From an uncultured Alphaproteobacteria bacterium (GTDB lineage Bacteria; Pseudomonadota; Alphaproteobacteria; Rs-D84), in contig CALXQT010000010.1 in assembly GCA_944390835.1 (NCBI GenBank), positions 583-64,582 of the forward strand: a stretch of 64,000 nt of DNA, read 5' to 3'. This document shows positions 37,002-45,128 of the stretch, in pieces (the stretch's first letter is position 1; each line of letters opens with the position of its first letter). Position numbers and translations under genes: made by a program. The notes beneath the pieces are model-generated. The model searched no databases. It saw only the letters and a list, made by a program, of their open reading frames with translations, and was not told where the DNA came from.

Positions 37002-37760
37002 TTGTTTAGTTGGGTTAATTTGGTACAAATCCTAGTAATTGTTATTTTATTATGGGTGTTTTATAGAACCTTTATAAAAAATACTTCTTCAGAACGCTTG
37101 GTGCGCGGTTTGTTTGGGTTGGCGTTACTGTGGGGGGTTAGTTTTGTCTTGTCTTGGGCTCATTTGGATTTGTTAGGTACTTTTTTGCGCTGGGTTGCTT
37201 TATTCTTGTCTATAAGTTTAATTGTGGTATTTCAACCAGAATTAAGAAAATTTATGGCGCTTATGGGAAATATAGAAGAATGGCGGCGTATATTTAAATA
37301 TAATCATAATATTACCCGAGATACCAAAGCTTTAGATGCAATTTTATCGGCCGTGGAGTTTATGTCCGCAAAACATACTGGAGCCTTGATAGTTTTTACA
37401 AATCTTTTGGATGAAAGCGCAATTGAAAAATTAGGTGTACCAATCAATGCAGATATTTCTAGCGAATTATTATTAACTATATTTTTTAATAAAACCCCGT
37501 TACATGATGGCGCGGTAATAATAGAAAAAAATCGTATCGCATACGCAGGGGGCATTTTACCTTTGTCTAAAAATAATTTGAACTGGAAATATGGAACAAG
37601 ACATAGAGCCGCCTTGGGATTGACAGAAGTTTCTGGTGCAATTGTGTTAATTGTTTCTGAAGAAAGCGGTGAGATTTCTGTCGCAGAAAAAGGTAAATTT
37701 ACCAAATATGATGATTTGAAAAAACTACGTGCGAAATTAGAAAAAGTTATGTATAAATAA
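37002..37760 (+). CDS. cdaA: Membrane-bound diadenylate cyclase CdaA (DisA_N domain)
   Basis: AGGAGG RBS plus TTG start. Three N-terminal TM helices. TGALIVF, DGAVII and RHRAALGLTEVSGAIVLIVSEESGEISVAEKG motifs. Confidence 0.85.
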   Translation: MFSWVNLVQILVIVILLWVFYRTFIKNTSSERLVRGLFGLALLWGVSFVLSWAHLDLLGTFLRWVALFLSISLIVVFQPELRKFMALMGNIEEWRRIFKYNHNITRDTKALDAILSAVEFMSAKHTGALIVFTNLLDESAIEKLGVPINADISSELLLTIFFNKTPLHDGAVIIEKNRIAYAGGILPLSKNNLNWKYGTRHRAALGLTEVSGAIVLIVSEESGEISVAEKGKFTKYDDLKKLRAKLEKVMYK

Positions 37761-37910
37761 AGCTTGGTTAAACATATTTATATAAATTGACTGCTTGTTG
37801 ATTTGTCTATTGGGTTTTATGTTTGAATAACCCTTGCACCGAATCGGGCTTTTTTGATAAACTTATTTGAAAGGAATGTAGGGCGAAGATAGATTTAACA
37901 GGAGCAAGTT

Positions 37911-39029
37911 ATGGAATTTTCAGTATTTCGTCAGGTTTTAATACGTGCGTTGGGGCATATGCAATCGATTGTGGAAAAGCGTGCAACCTTGCCGATATTG
38001 GTTAATGTTAAGATAGAGGTTGCTGATGATTTGATTTTGTCCGCAACTAATGTTGATTTGGAATTGGTTGAACACGTAGCCGCTGATATAACGTTGGGTG
38101 GGACAACAACTGTTCCTGTTCAAATGTTGTATGACATCGTTCGTAAATTACCAGATGATGCAGAAATATCTTTTAAACAATCTGGTGATCAATTGGTTGT
38201 GTCTAGTGGACGTGCGGTGTTTCGTTTGCCAACGTTGCCAGCAGAAAACTTCCCAGTAATGGCTGGTAGTAATTTGACCACAAAGTTTCAGATGACTACT
38301 GGCGATTTAGCGCATTTGATAAACCAAACAAAATTTGCGATTCCAACAGATGATGTTCGTTATCATTTGGGTGGTATTTATTTCCACATTTCAGATGAAG
38401 GAAAGGAAAAAATGCTAACGGCCGTTGCAACAGATGCGCAACGTATGGCTTTGTGTGCAATGCCTGCACCAGTTGGTAGTGCCGAAATGCCTGCGGTCAT
38501 TTTACCACGCCGAGTAATTGGTGAGTTGTCTAAATTATTAGAAGATGCAACCGTTGATGATGTAACGGTTGAATTATCTGATACAAAGGCACGTTTTACT
38601 GTTGGAGCTGCAACTTTGACCAGTAAATTGGTTGATGCACAATATCCAAATTATCGTGTTGTGATACCAAAAGGTAACGATAAAATTGCGATTTTGGATA
38701 GAAAGTCTTTCTTGAATGCGGTTGATTTGGTTTCTGTTGCTAGTGTGGACAAAACAAAATCTGTTCAGTTGACATTTTCTATGAATAAATTAGTAGTAAA
38801 TGCTTCTAGTCCAGACGCAGGAACAGCAACTCAGGAATTAGACGTAGAATATAACGGTGATAGCGCATTTACGGTTATGTTTAATGTAAAGTTTTTGATG
38901 GATGTCGCCGGACAGGTAGAAGGAGAAAAATTCCAGATGGAAATGCAAGACCCGCTATCTCCAACTGTGATTAAGTCTACAGATAAAAAGACAGACGCTT
39001 TATTTGTTTTAATGCCGATGCGTATGTAA
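37911..39029 (+). CDS. dnaN: DNA polymerase III beta sliding clamp
   Basis: 372 aa with the three-domain clamp pattern. C-terminal ..LFVLMPMRM. Confidence 0.95.
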   Translation: MEFSVFRQVLIRALGHMQSIVEKRATLPILVNVKIEVADDLILSATNVDLELVEHVAADITLGGTTTVPVQMLYDIVRKLPDDAEISFKQSGDQLVVSSGRAVFRLPTLPAENFPVMAGSNLTTKFQMTTGDLAHLINQTKFAIPTDDVRYHLGGIYFHISDEGKEKMLTAVATDAQRMALCAMPAPVGSAEMPAVILPRRVIGELSKLLEDATVDDVTVELSDTKARFTVGAATLTSKLVDAQYPNYRVVIPKGNDKIAILDRKSFLNAVDLVSVASVDKTKSVQLTFSMNKLVVNASSPDAGTATQELDVEYNGDSAFTVMFNVKFLMDVAGQVEGEKFQMEMQDPLSPTVIKSTDKKTDALFVLMPMRM

Positions 39030-39050
39030 GAAAATTTGTAAAGACTCTAT

Positions 39051-39075
39051 TCCCCCCCCGGTTGGGGGATTTTTA
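39051..39075 (+). terminator. Rho-independent terminator after dnaN
   Basis: C8 tract pairing with ggggg (loop ggtt), followed by ttttt. Confidence 0.7.
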
Positions 39076-39142
39076 TTGTTGATAAAAAATTGCAAATCAT
39101 AATTTTTATGATAAAATCTGCCGAAAATAAAGGATTTAACGT

Positions 39143-39685
39143 ATGACATTAGAAGAACTTGTTCCAGGTAAGGAACCTCCTAAAAAAATGAACGCTATAA
39201 TAGAAGTTCCAGAAAACGGGCATGTAAAATATGAAATTAACAAGGCAACGGGTTTGTTGCGTGTGGATAGAATTTTACATACGCCTATGGCGTATCCAGC
39301 AAATTACGGTTATTTCCCAGGAACTTTAGGTGACGATGGGGATCCATTAGATTGTGTGGTTGTGTGTAATGCGCCATTACGACCAGGTGTGTTAATAGAA
39401 GTTCGTCCAATCGGTGCTTTGTTAATGGAAGATCAAGCCGGAGGAGACGAGAAAATTATATGTGTCCCGCGCGATAATATTGACCCTTTTTATACTACAA
39501 CGGAATATATTGAACAGTTACCTGCAATTTTGCGTTCTAAAATAGAATACTTTTTTCAACATTACAAAGATTTGCAACCAAACTCATGGTCAAAGGTAAA
39601 AGGTTGGGCCGATCGTGAAACTGCGGATAGACTGATTATGGAAAGTATAGATAGATATTGGGAGCATAAACGTGCGGCGCAATAA
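39143..39685 (+). CDS. ppa: Inorganic pyrophosphatase (family I)
   Basis: IIEVPENGHVKYE.., YPANYGYFPGTLGDDGDPLD, DEKIICVP motifs. Confidence 0.95.
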   Translation: MTLEELVPGKEPPKKMNAIIEVPENGHVKYEINKATGLLRVDRILHTPMAYPANYGYFPGTLGDDGDPLDCVVVCNAPLRPGVLIEVRPIGALLMEDQAGGDEKIICVPRDNIDPFYTTTEYIEQLPAILRSKIEYFFQHYKDLQPNSWSKVKGWADRETADRLIMESIDRYWEHKRAAQ

Positions 39686-39745
39686 GTGCTTGCGCGCAAT
39701 ATAATCGAATTTTATAATAACACAGAAAAATTAAGAGGTATAAAT

Positions 39746-40315
39746 ATGGCATCATATATTGCAAATGATATGCGCGTTGGTTGGGTTATTTCTCATAATG
39801 GTAAACGTTATTCTGTTATGTCTATAACAAAAGTAAAACCAGGTAAGGGTGGTGCATTTGTTCAGGCAGACTTGCGTGATATTGATTCTGGTAATAAGGG
39901 TAATGATCGTTGGCGCGCAGAAGATAAAGTTGAAAAATTGTTGGTTGAAGATTTTGACTGTCAATTTTTATATTCTGATGGGACAGACGCTTATTTTATG
40001 AACTTATCTAATTACGAACAATTCACGATGCCTGTTGAGGCAATGGGCGATCAAATGAAATTTTTGGCCCCAGAAATGATGGTAAAAGCTAACTTTGTTG
40101 AAGGTAATCCTGTTTCTATTTCTTTGCCAAAAACAGTTGTTGCTATCGTAGAAGAGACGGAACCCGCACTAAAAGGGCAAACTGTTTCCAGCAGTGGTGG
40201 TAAACCAGCAATTTTGGATAACGGCGTTCGCGTTCAAGTTCCGCTTTTTATTGAACAGGGTGAAAAAATTGTTGTTAATACTGAAACATTAGAATACGTA
40301 GAACGCGCAAAATAA
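39746..40315 (+). CDS. efp: Elongation factor P
   Basis: ..VKPGKGGAFVQADLRDI.. loop. 189 aa from ATG 39746. The track ORF starts upstream at a GTG immediately after the ppa stop (39685). Confidence 0.95.
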   Translation: MASYIANDMRVGWVISHNGKRYSVMSITKVKPGKGGAFVQADLRDIDSGNKGNDRWRAEDKVEKLLVEDFDCQFLYSDGTDAYFMNLSNYEQFTMPVEAMGDQMKFLAPEMMVKANFVEGNPVSISLPKTVVAIVEETEPALKGQTVSSSGGKPAILDNGVRVQVPLFIEQGEKIVVNTETLEYVERAK

Positions 40316-40347
40316 AAAATCGGCGATTATTATCGCCGATTTTTTTA
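40315..40347. terminator. Bidirectional terminator (efp / fba)
   Basis: aaaatcggcgat-tatt-atcgccgatttt hairpin. Confidence 0.85.
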
Positions 40348-41289
40348 TATTTTATTTGCAGAACCCATAATATTTTTTATTTCATCGATACAATTTTCGT
40401 ATATGTTTTTCTTCCCAGCACCAAGGTAGTCACGAGGATTAAAATTATCTGGTTGTTTTGTCATTGTTTCTCGTATTCCTGCGGTAAACGCAAGACGAGA
40501 ATCACTGTCTACGTTGATTTTGCAGATGTTTTTTTTAACTGCTCGCTTTAGTTGTGATACAGCAATACCGCGTGCGTTAGATATTTTGCCCCCGTATTCG
40601 TTTATGGTTTTTACAAAGTGTTGAGGTATGCTGGATGCGCCATGCAATACAAGTGGAAAGTCAGGAAGTTGTTTTGCAATATCGTCAAGAATATCAAAAC
40701 GTAATTCTTCGTCATCGCTTTTTCGCTTATATGCGCCATGACTGGTGCCAATTGCAATTGCTAAAGAGTCTATATTCGTCGCGTTTACAAAGTTGACAAC
40801 GTCATCTGGATTGGTATAGCTAGAAAAGTCTGACTTTGTGCGTTCGTCTTCTATGCCAGATAAAACCCCGAGTTCTGCCTCTACTGATACGTCATATTGG
40901 TGGGCATATTCGACCACTTGTTTTGCCAAAGCGACATTAGATTCAAACGGTAATTTTGATCCGTCAATCATAACACTTGAAAAACCAAGTTTTATCGCAT
41001 TAACGCAAGATTCAAAAGAAGAACCATGATCCAAGTGCAGTGCGACACGGTTGCTGTCTTTTAAATTAAGTCCCCATATCATACCACGTAATAAATCTGA
41101 GCCCATGTATTTTAAAGCAGACTCTGATACAGCAAGAATAACGGGGCTGTTTGTGTCGTGTGCGGCCTCGATTATTGCTGCAAGTGTTTCCATATTATAG
41201 AAGTTAAATGCTGGTATCGCGTAATGATGTCTCAGCGCGTCCGCAAACATTTGTTTCGTATTTACCAAGCCAAAATCTTTATAGTCCAT
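40345..41289 (-). CDS. fba: Class II fructose-bisphosphate aldolase
   Basis: YAIPAFNF, LHLDHGSS, VMIDGS, HGAYK and LVLHGASS motifs. 314 aa. Confidence 0.9.
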   Translation of the reverse strand: MDYKDFGLVNTKQMFADALRHHYAIPAFNFYNMETLAAIIEAAHDTNSPVILAVSESALKYMGSDLLRGMIWGLNLKDSNRVALHLDHGSSFESCVNAIKLGFSSVMIDGSKLPFESNVALAKQVVEYAHQYDVSVEAELGVLSGIEDERTKSDFSSYTNPDDVVNFVNATNIDSLAIAIGTSHGAYKRKSDDEELRFDILDDIAKQLPDFPLVLHGASSIPQHFVKTINEYGGKISNARGIAVSQLKRAVKKNICKINVDSDSRLAFTAGIRETMTKQPDNFNPRDYLGAGKKNIYENCIDEIKNIMGSANKI

Positions 41290-41391
41290 TTGCTTATCCC
41301 TTTGTACATTTTGTATAAAAATTATAACACAATATATATGTTGGTGCCCTAAATTTTTATTAGGAAAAATCGCCTATATACAAAGCAATAC

Positions 41392-41420
41392 TTGACAAAG
41401 TTTATTTTTTCGTCTATATT
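41392..41420 (+). promoter_or_regulatory. Sigma70-type promoter (TTGACA-N17-TATATT)
   Basis: ttgaca at 41392-41397, a 17-nt spacer, then tatatt at 41415-41420. Confidence 0.55.
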
Positions 41421-41466
41421 TATATACGAATAAAATAAACAACGCAAAAGCGAGAAAGTAACGTAG

Positions 41467-41622
41467 ATGGTTCAGAAAAAGTATGTTTTTTATGTTTTGT
41501 CTGGTAATGCGCCAGATTGGCCGCCATGTGACGTTGGTGTCATTATCGGCGGGGGGGACAGTAATGTTTTTTTGCCTGAAACGTTGATTGTAAAAGATGC
41601 TTTTGTGTTAAAAGATCAATAA
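41467..41622 (+). CDS. Small stand-alone transcription unit: a 51-aa ORF, or alternatively a ~220-nt sRNA
   Basis: Hand translation: MVQKKYVFYVLSGNAPDWPPCDVGVIIGGGDSNVFLPETLIVKDAFVLKDQ. It has its own promoter (41392-41420) and terminator (41623-41650). The RBS is weak. It contains a G7 tract at 41551-41557. Confidence 0.3.
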   Translation: MVQKKYVFYVLSGNAPDWPPCDVGVIIGGGDSNVFLPETLIVKDAFVLKDQ

Positions 41623-41650
41623 AAAGCTCGGTTTTTTTCCGGGCTTTTTC
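41623..41650 (+). terminator. Rho-independent terminator
   Basis: agctcgg-ttttttt-ccgggct hairpin (one G-U pair) followed by tttt. Confidence 0.65.
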
Positions 41651-41702
41651 GCTTTTGTCAGGAAAAAATCTTGATAGGACGCATAACAAATAGAGGACAA
41701 AA

Positions 41703-42176
41703 ATGAAATTTAAAAACGTTGTATCTTTTAATATAAAAAGGGTTGTTCCTATATTAGGATTGGCTGGTGCCACCATGTTTATGGGGGGGTGCGAGAAAGA
41801 TGATAATGGTCCAACACGAGATGTTGAGATAAGATTTACACAGAAGGAAACAGACGATTTATTTTATGACGACGAAAATGATGTGCGTCATCCAAGTATC
41901 CTTGCGCAAGAGTACGTAAAAGATCCGACAATAAGGACAATATATTTAGTACCAGAAGGTACTTGGGCCAATATGGATCGAAATGGAATAAAAGGAATGC
42001 GCACAGCAACGTTAGACCTAATTATGAACTATTCTCCGAAATTTCGTGGTAAGGGCGATTTTAACTTCATGGTAGGAGAAGCTTCAAAAATCCCCGAAGA
42101 TAGTTTGTGGTATGTATCTAAAGGCTGGACGATAAATAAAAGATTATTGGAACAAGCTCAACAAAATCAGCGATAA
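41703..42176 (+). CDS. Tandem-paralog lipoprotein 1 of 3 (unknown family)
   Basis: Lipobox-like FMGGC. Conserved blocks DDLFYDDEN.VR.PS..AQEY, TIYLVPEG.W, SPKFRGKGDF, PEDSLW.VS.GWTINK. 157 aa. Confidence 0.75.
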   Translation: MKFKNVVSFNIKRVVPILGLAGATMFMGGCEKDDNGPTRDVEIRFTQKETDDLFYDDENDVRHPSILAQEYVKDPTIRTIYLVPEGTWANMDRNGIKGMRTATLDLIMNYSPKFRGKGDFNFMVGEASKIPEDSLWYVSKGWTINKRLLEQAQQNQR

Positions 42177-42188
42177 AAGGAATAAATA

Positions 42189-42662
42189 ATGAAACTAAAA
42201 CAAATAGTGCCATACAATATAAAAAAAATTATTCCTATGTTGGGGTTGGCTGGTGCCACCATGTTTATGGGCGGCTGTGAAAAGACGGAAGAGCCCCAGC
42301 AACGAGATGTAGAGATAACCTTTGCATATAAAAGTTATGACGATTTGTTTTATGATGATGAAAACGGGGTTCGTTATCCAAGTCTTAAAGCCCAAGAATA
42401 TGTAAATGACCCAACAGTAAGAACAATATACTTGGTACCACAGGGAAGTTGGGAAATTTATAACCGTTTTTCTATAACTGGAATGCGCGAAAAAACTCTT
42501 GAAAAAATTTTGGATTATTCACCTAAATTTCGCGGCAAGGGGGATTTTGATTTTAAAGTTGGTGAGGCCTCAAAAGTACCAGAAGACAGTTTATGGTTTG
42601 TATCCAATGGTTGGACAATAAATAAAAGACTATTAGAACAAAGTCAGCAAAATCAACGATAA
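42189..42662 (+). CDS. Tandem-paralog lipoprotein 2 of 3
   Basis: About 65-70% aa identity by eye to paralogs 1 and 3. Same length and lipobox. Confidence 0.75.
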   Translation: MKLKQIVPYNIKKIIPMLGLAGATMFMGGCEKTEEPQQRDVEITFAYKSYDDLFYDDENGVRYPSLKAQEYVNDPTVRTIYLVPQGSWEIYNRFSITGMREKTLEKILDYSPKFRGKGDFDFKVGEASKVPEDSLWFVSNGWTINKRLLEQSQQNQR

Positions 42663-42679
42663 ATTAACGGAGTACAAAA

Positions 42680-43147
42680 ATGAAATTTAAAAACGTTGTA
42701 TCTTATAATATAAAAAAGCTTGTTCCTATATTAGGATTGGCTGGTGCCACCATGTTTATGGGGGGCTGTGAAAAAACAGACGAAACCCCAAAAAGGGAAG
42801 TGGAATTAACTTTTGAACAAAATAGGTTTGATGATTTGTTTTATGATGATGAAAATGGTGTGCGTCGTCCAAGTCAAAAGGCTCAAGAATACATAGATGA
42901 TCCAACTGTTGGTACAATATATTTAGTGCCAGAAGGAAGTTGGCTTAACTTTGGTGAAATTGGTATTCACGCTTTACGTGAGCATGGTCTTGAACCTGTT
43001 ATGAAATATTCACCGAAGTTTCGTGGTAAAGGAGATTTTCGTTTTTCTTTAGGGGTCGCATCAACCATACCAGAAGACAGTTTATGGTTTGTATCCAATG
43101 GTTGGACAATAAATAAGTATGTGTCATCACAAACTAATCATAGATAA
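42680..43147 (+). CDS. Tandem-paralog lipoprotein 3 of 3 (mosaic: 5' end like paralog 1, 3' block identical to paralog 2)
   Basis: The first ~87 nt are nearly identical to 41703-41790. The 47-nt block 43080-43126 is identical to 42579-42625. Confidence 0.75.
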   Translation: MKFKNVVSYNIKKLVPILGLAGATMFMGGCEKTDETPKREVELTFEQNRFDDLFYDDENGVRRPSQKAQEYIDDPTVGTIYLVPEGSWLNFGEIGIHALREHGLEPVMKYSPKFRGKGDFRFSLGVASTIPEDSLWFVSNGWTINKYVSSQTNHR

Positions 43148-43148
43148 T

Positions 43149-43174
43149 AAATCCGGCATAATGCCGGATTTTTA
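43149..43174 (+). terminator. Rho-independent terminator after the paralog array
   Basis: aaatccggc-ataat-gccggattt hairpin plus T-run. Confidence 0.85.
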
Positions 43175-43238
43175 ATAAATTGACACTTTTGTTAAAAACG
43201 TGTAAAAATATAATTGATTAGTGGGAGATTTTTTCCAA

Positions 43239-44516
43239 ATGAAAAAAGTTATTATTTTCGCAGTAAGTATATGTATGGTTTTTATAACTAATGGTTTCGC
43301 TGATGATAACTCGCAAGTAACAGCTTGTGGTGCGCCAGATGATATAAATATGTGCGGAATGGGGTGTGAGTATGTATCTTTTAGTAAATCTTGTCAGCTG
43401 TGTCTTGAGGGTACATATAACAGTCAGGATTTAGCGTCTGAGTGTATCAATTGTTCCATCCCGGCAGGGGGGACGCCTTTAATTGGTGATGAGTATATGG
43501 GATTTATTGAAGATTCTTGCCCGTGGAAGGCAACTTGCACAAAATACCAATATTGGCAGCCTAAAGATACGAATTTGGTTCAGTGGGGCTGTCTAGATTG
43601 TGGAAAAGGATACGAATCTTCTTTAAAGGACGGATATGATGTTTATGGAAGAGGACCAGAGGCGGAAGATGCTAGTGGTCATAGTTTTGATGAGGTTTGT
43701 GATGGCATGATATATACATTAAACTTATTGGCAAACGATGGTGGCTTTGATGATCCAACTTTAGAGGGTGTCAGAGAGGAAAAGAACCTATATTATAAGT
43801 ACGATAATTATTTTTCTGCAGATGAGGCGCCTGAAGAATGGTCAACAGGGGCATTGCCAGATGGGTTCCTTCAGCCCTCCAGTATTCTTAAGACCTTCCT
43901 TGGTTATGGTTTATCTGAGGAGAACTGTAGTAACGGACATTTAGCCTTTGACTCGGAAGGTATTTTTTCGTTTTATGGAAAAGAAAACATATTGGAGTAT
44001 GTAGATGAACTTACCGGTAGTACTATTTCTTTACAAGCTTGTTGGTACAATAATTCAATTACTATTAATTATAATTATGGAGGTGCAGCGGGTAACACAA
44101 GGGAAACATGTGGTTTTAAATATAATAATGATGAATTTTTTGAATGTAAGGTAAATGATGAAATAGTAAGTGTAGATGGATTGGTTTTTGAAGGATACGA
44201 ATGTACTTATATCAAGGATGGAAATACCGTCAATTGTTATGAAGACGGCAAATTGCTGACGTATGATGAACAAATTCCTATTTTGGCACAAGAAATGTCT
44301 TTAACGGCAATATTTTCAGATTGTCCTGCTGGCTATTATTGTGGTGAAAGCGGTATAACAAAGTGCCCGATCGGAACAACAAGTAACCCTGGAAGTACCA
44401 GTATAGAGAAGTGTTTCATGAAGGCCGGAACGGATGGGACTAGGTTTTGCGACAATAACGGTTGCTTCTTTTTACCGGGTAGTTTTACAATTCCTTATAT
44501 GTCTAATAATCAATAA
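43239..44516 (+). CDS. Cys-rich secreted protein with terminal eukaryote-type Cys repeats (GCC2/GCC3- or TNFR-like) and central Listeria-Bacteroides-type repeats
   Basis: Signal ..NGFA/DD. CQLCLEGTYNSQDLASECINC and CPAGYYCGESGITKCPIGTTSNPGSTSIEKC. Central ..YTLNLLANDGG.. and ..ITINYNYGGAAG..FEGY.. repeats. Confidence 0.5.
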   Translation: MKKVIIFAVSICMVFITNGFADDNSQVTACGAPDDINMCGMGCEYVSFSKSCQLCLEGTYNSQDLASECINCSIPAGGTPLIGDEYMGFIEDSCPWKATCTKYQYWQPKDTNLVQWGCLDCGKGYESSLKDGYDVYGRGPEAEDASGHSFDEVCDGMIYTLNLLANDGGFDDPTLEGVREEKNLYYKYDNYFSADEAPEEWSTGALPDGFLQPSSILKTFLGYGLSEENCSNGHLAFDSEGIFSFYGKENILEYVDELTGSTISLQACWYNNSITINYNYGGAAGNTRETCGFKYNNDEFFECKVNDEIVSVDGLVFEGYECTYIKDGNTVNCYEDGKLLTYDEQIPILAQEMSLTAIFSDCPAGYYCGESGITKCPIGTTSNPGSTSIEKCFMKAGTDGTRFCDNNGCFFLPGSFTIPYMSNNQ

Positions 44517-44628
44517 TAATTATTAATAAGAACTAAAACTTGACAACTGATACTTTTGTGCAACAATTAGAGTACGAATCGGGGAGATGGTCAGAGGATA
44601 CAGATTTTTTAGCTGGGGGTACTGAAAT

Positions 44629-45015
44629 ATGAAAAAAGTTTTAGTTTCTGTAATCGCATTGACATCTTTGGCTGGTTGTGGTGCATATTATGATTATTAT
44701 AAGGGTGGTGTAAGATATACCCAAGACGGTCAAGATTGTATTTATTATGCTGGTGAATATGGCCGTAATTTCTCCCGTGATATTAGAGGGTTGAATAACG
44801 GTAAAAAAATAGTTTACCGTAATACACGCTGTGAAGATTTGTATGCGATGGATAATTTTGGTCAGGAACCTCGTCATGATCGTCAGATTTTAGTTCCTGC
44901 TGCACAAGAAGTTTCATGTAATTCATGTTCACGTGTAGAAAAAGTTTCTTGTGATTCTTGCAGCAAGGTACAACCAGTTTTGAAACGCAGATATGTTATC
45001 GTTCCTGCTATGTAA
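44629..45015 (+). CDS. Small lipoprotein with a Cys-repeat C-terminus
   Basis: Lipobox SLAGC. CNSCSRVEKVSCDSCSKV. 128 aa. Confidence 0.55.
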   Translation: MKKVLVSVIALTSLAGCGAYYDYYKGGVRYTQDGQDCIYYAGEYGRNFSRDIRGLNNGKKIVYRNTRCEDLYAMDNFGQEPRHDRQILVPAAQEVSCNSCSRVEKVSCDSCSKVQPVLKRRYVIVPAM

Positions 45016-45030
45016 TTTATAGTGATATAA

Positions 45031-45064
45031 AAAAAACGGCGTCTTGAATAGATGCCGTTTTTTA
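45031..45064 (+). terminator. Rho-independent terminator
   Basis: aacggcgtc-N7-gatgccgtt hairpin plus tttttt. Confidence 0.8.
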
Positions 45065-45128
45065 TTTATGCTGCTTGAATCTGCACTTTTTTTATGATAA
45101 AATTATAAAAAAAGAAAAGGGGATATAC

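Noticed and set aside
41543-41776. A 77-aa minus-strand ORF overlapping the start of lipoprotein paralog 1 and the small transcription unit.
   Set aside because: It overlaps a terminator and the paralog 1 signal peptide in antisense, and has no RBS. It is probably spurious.
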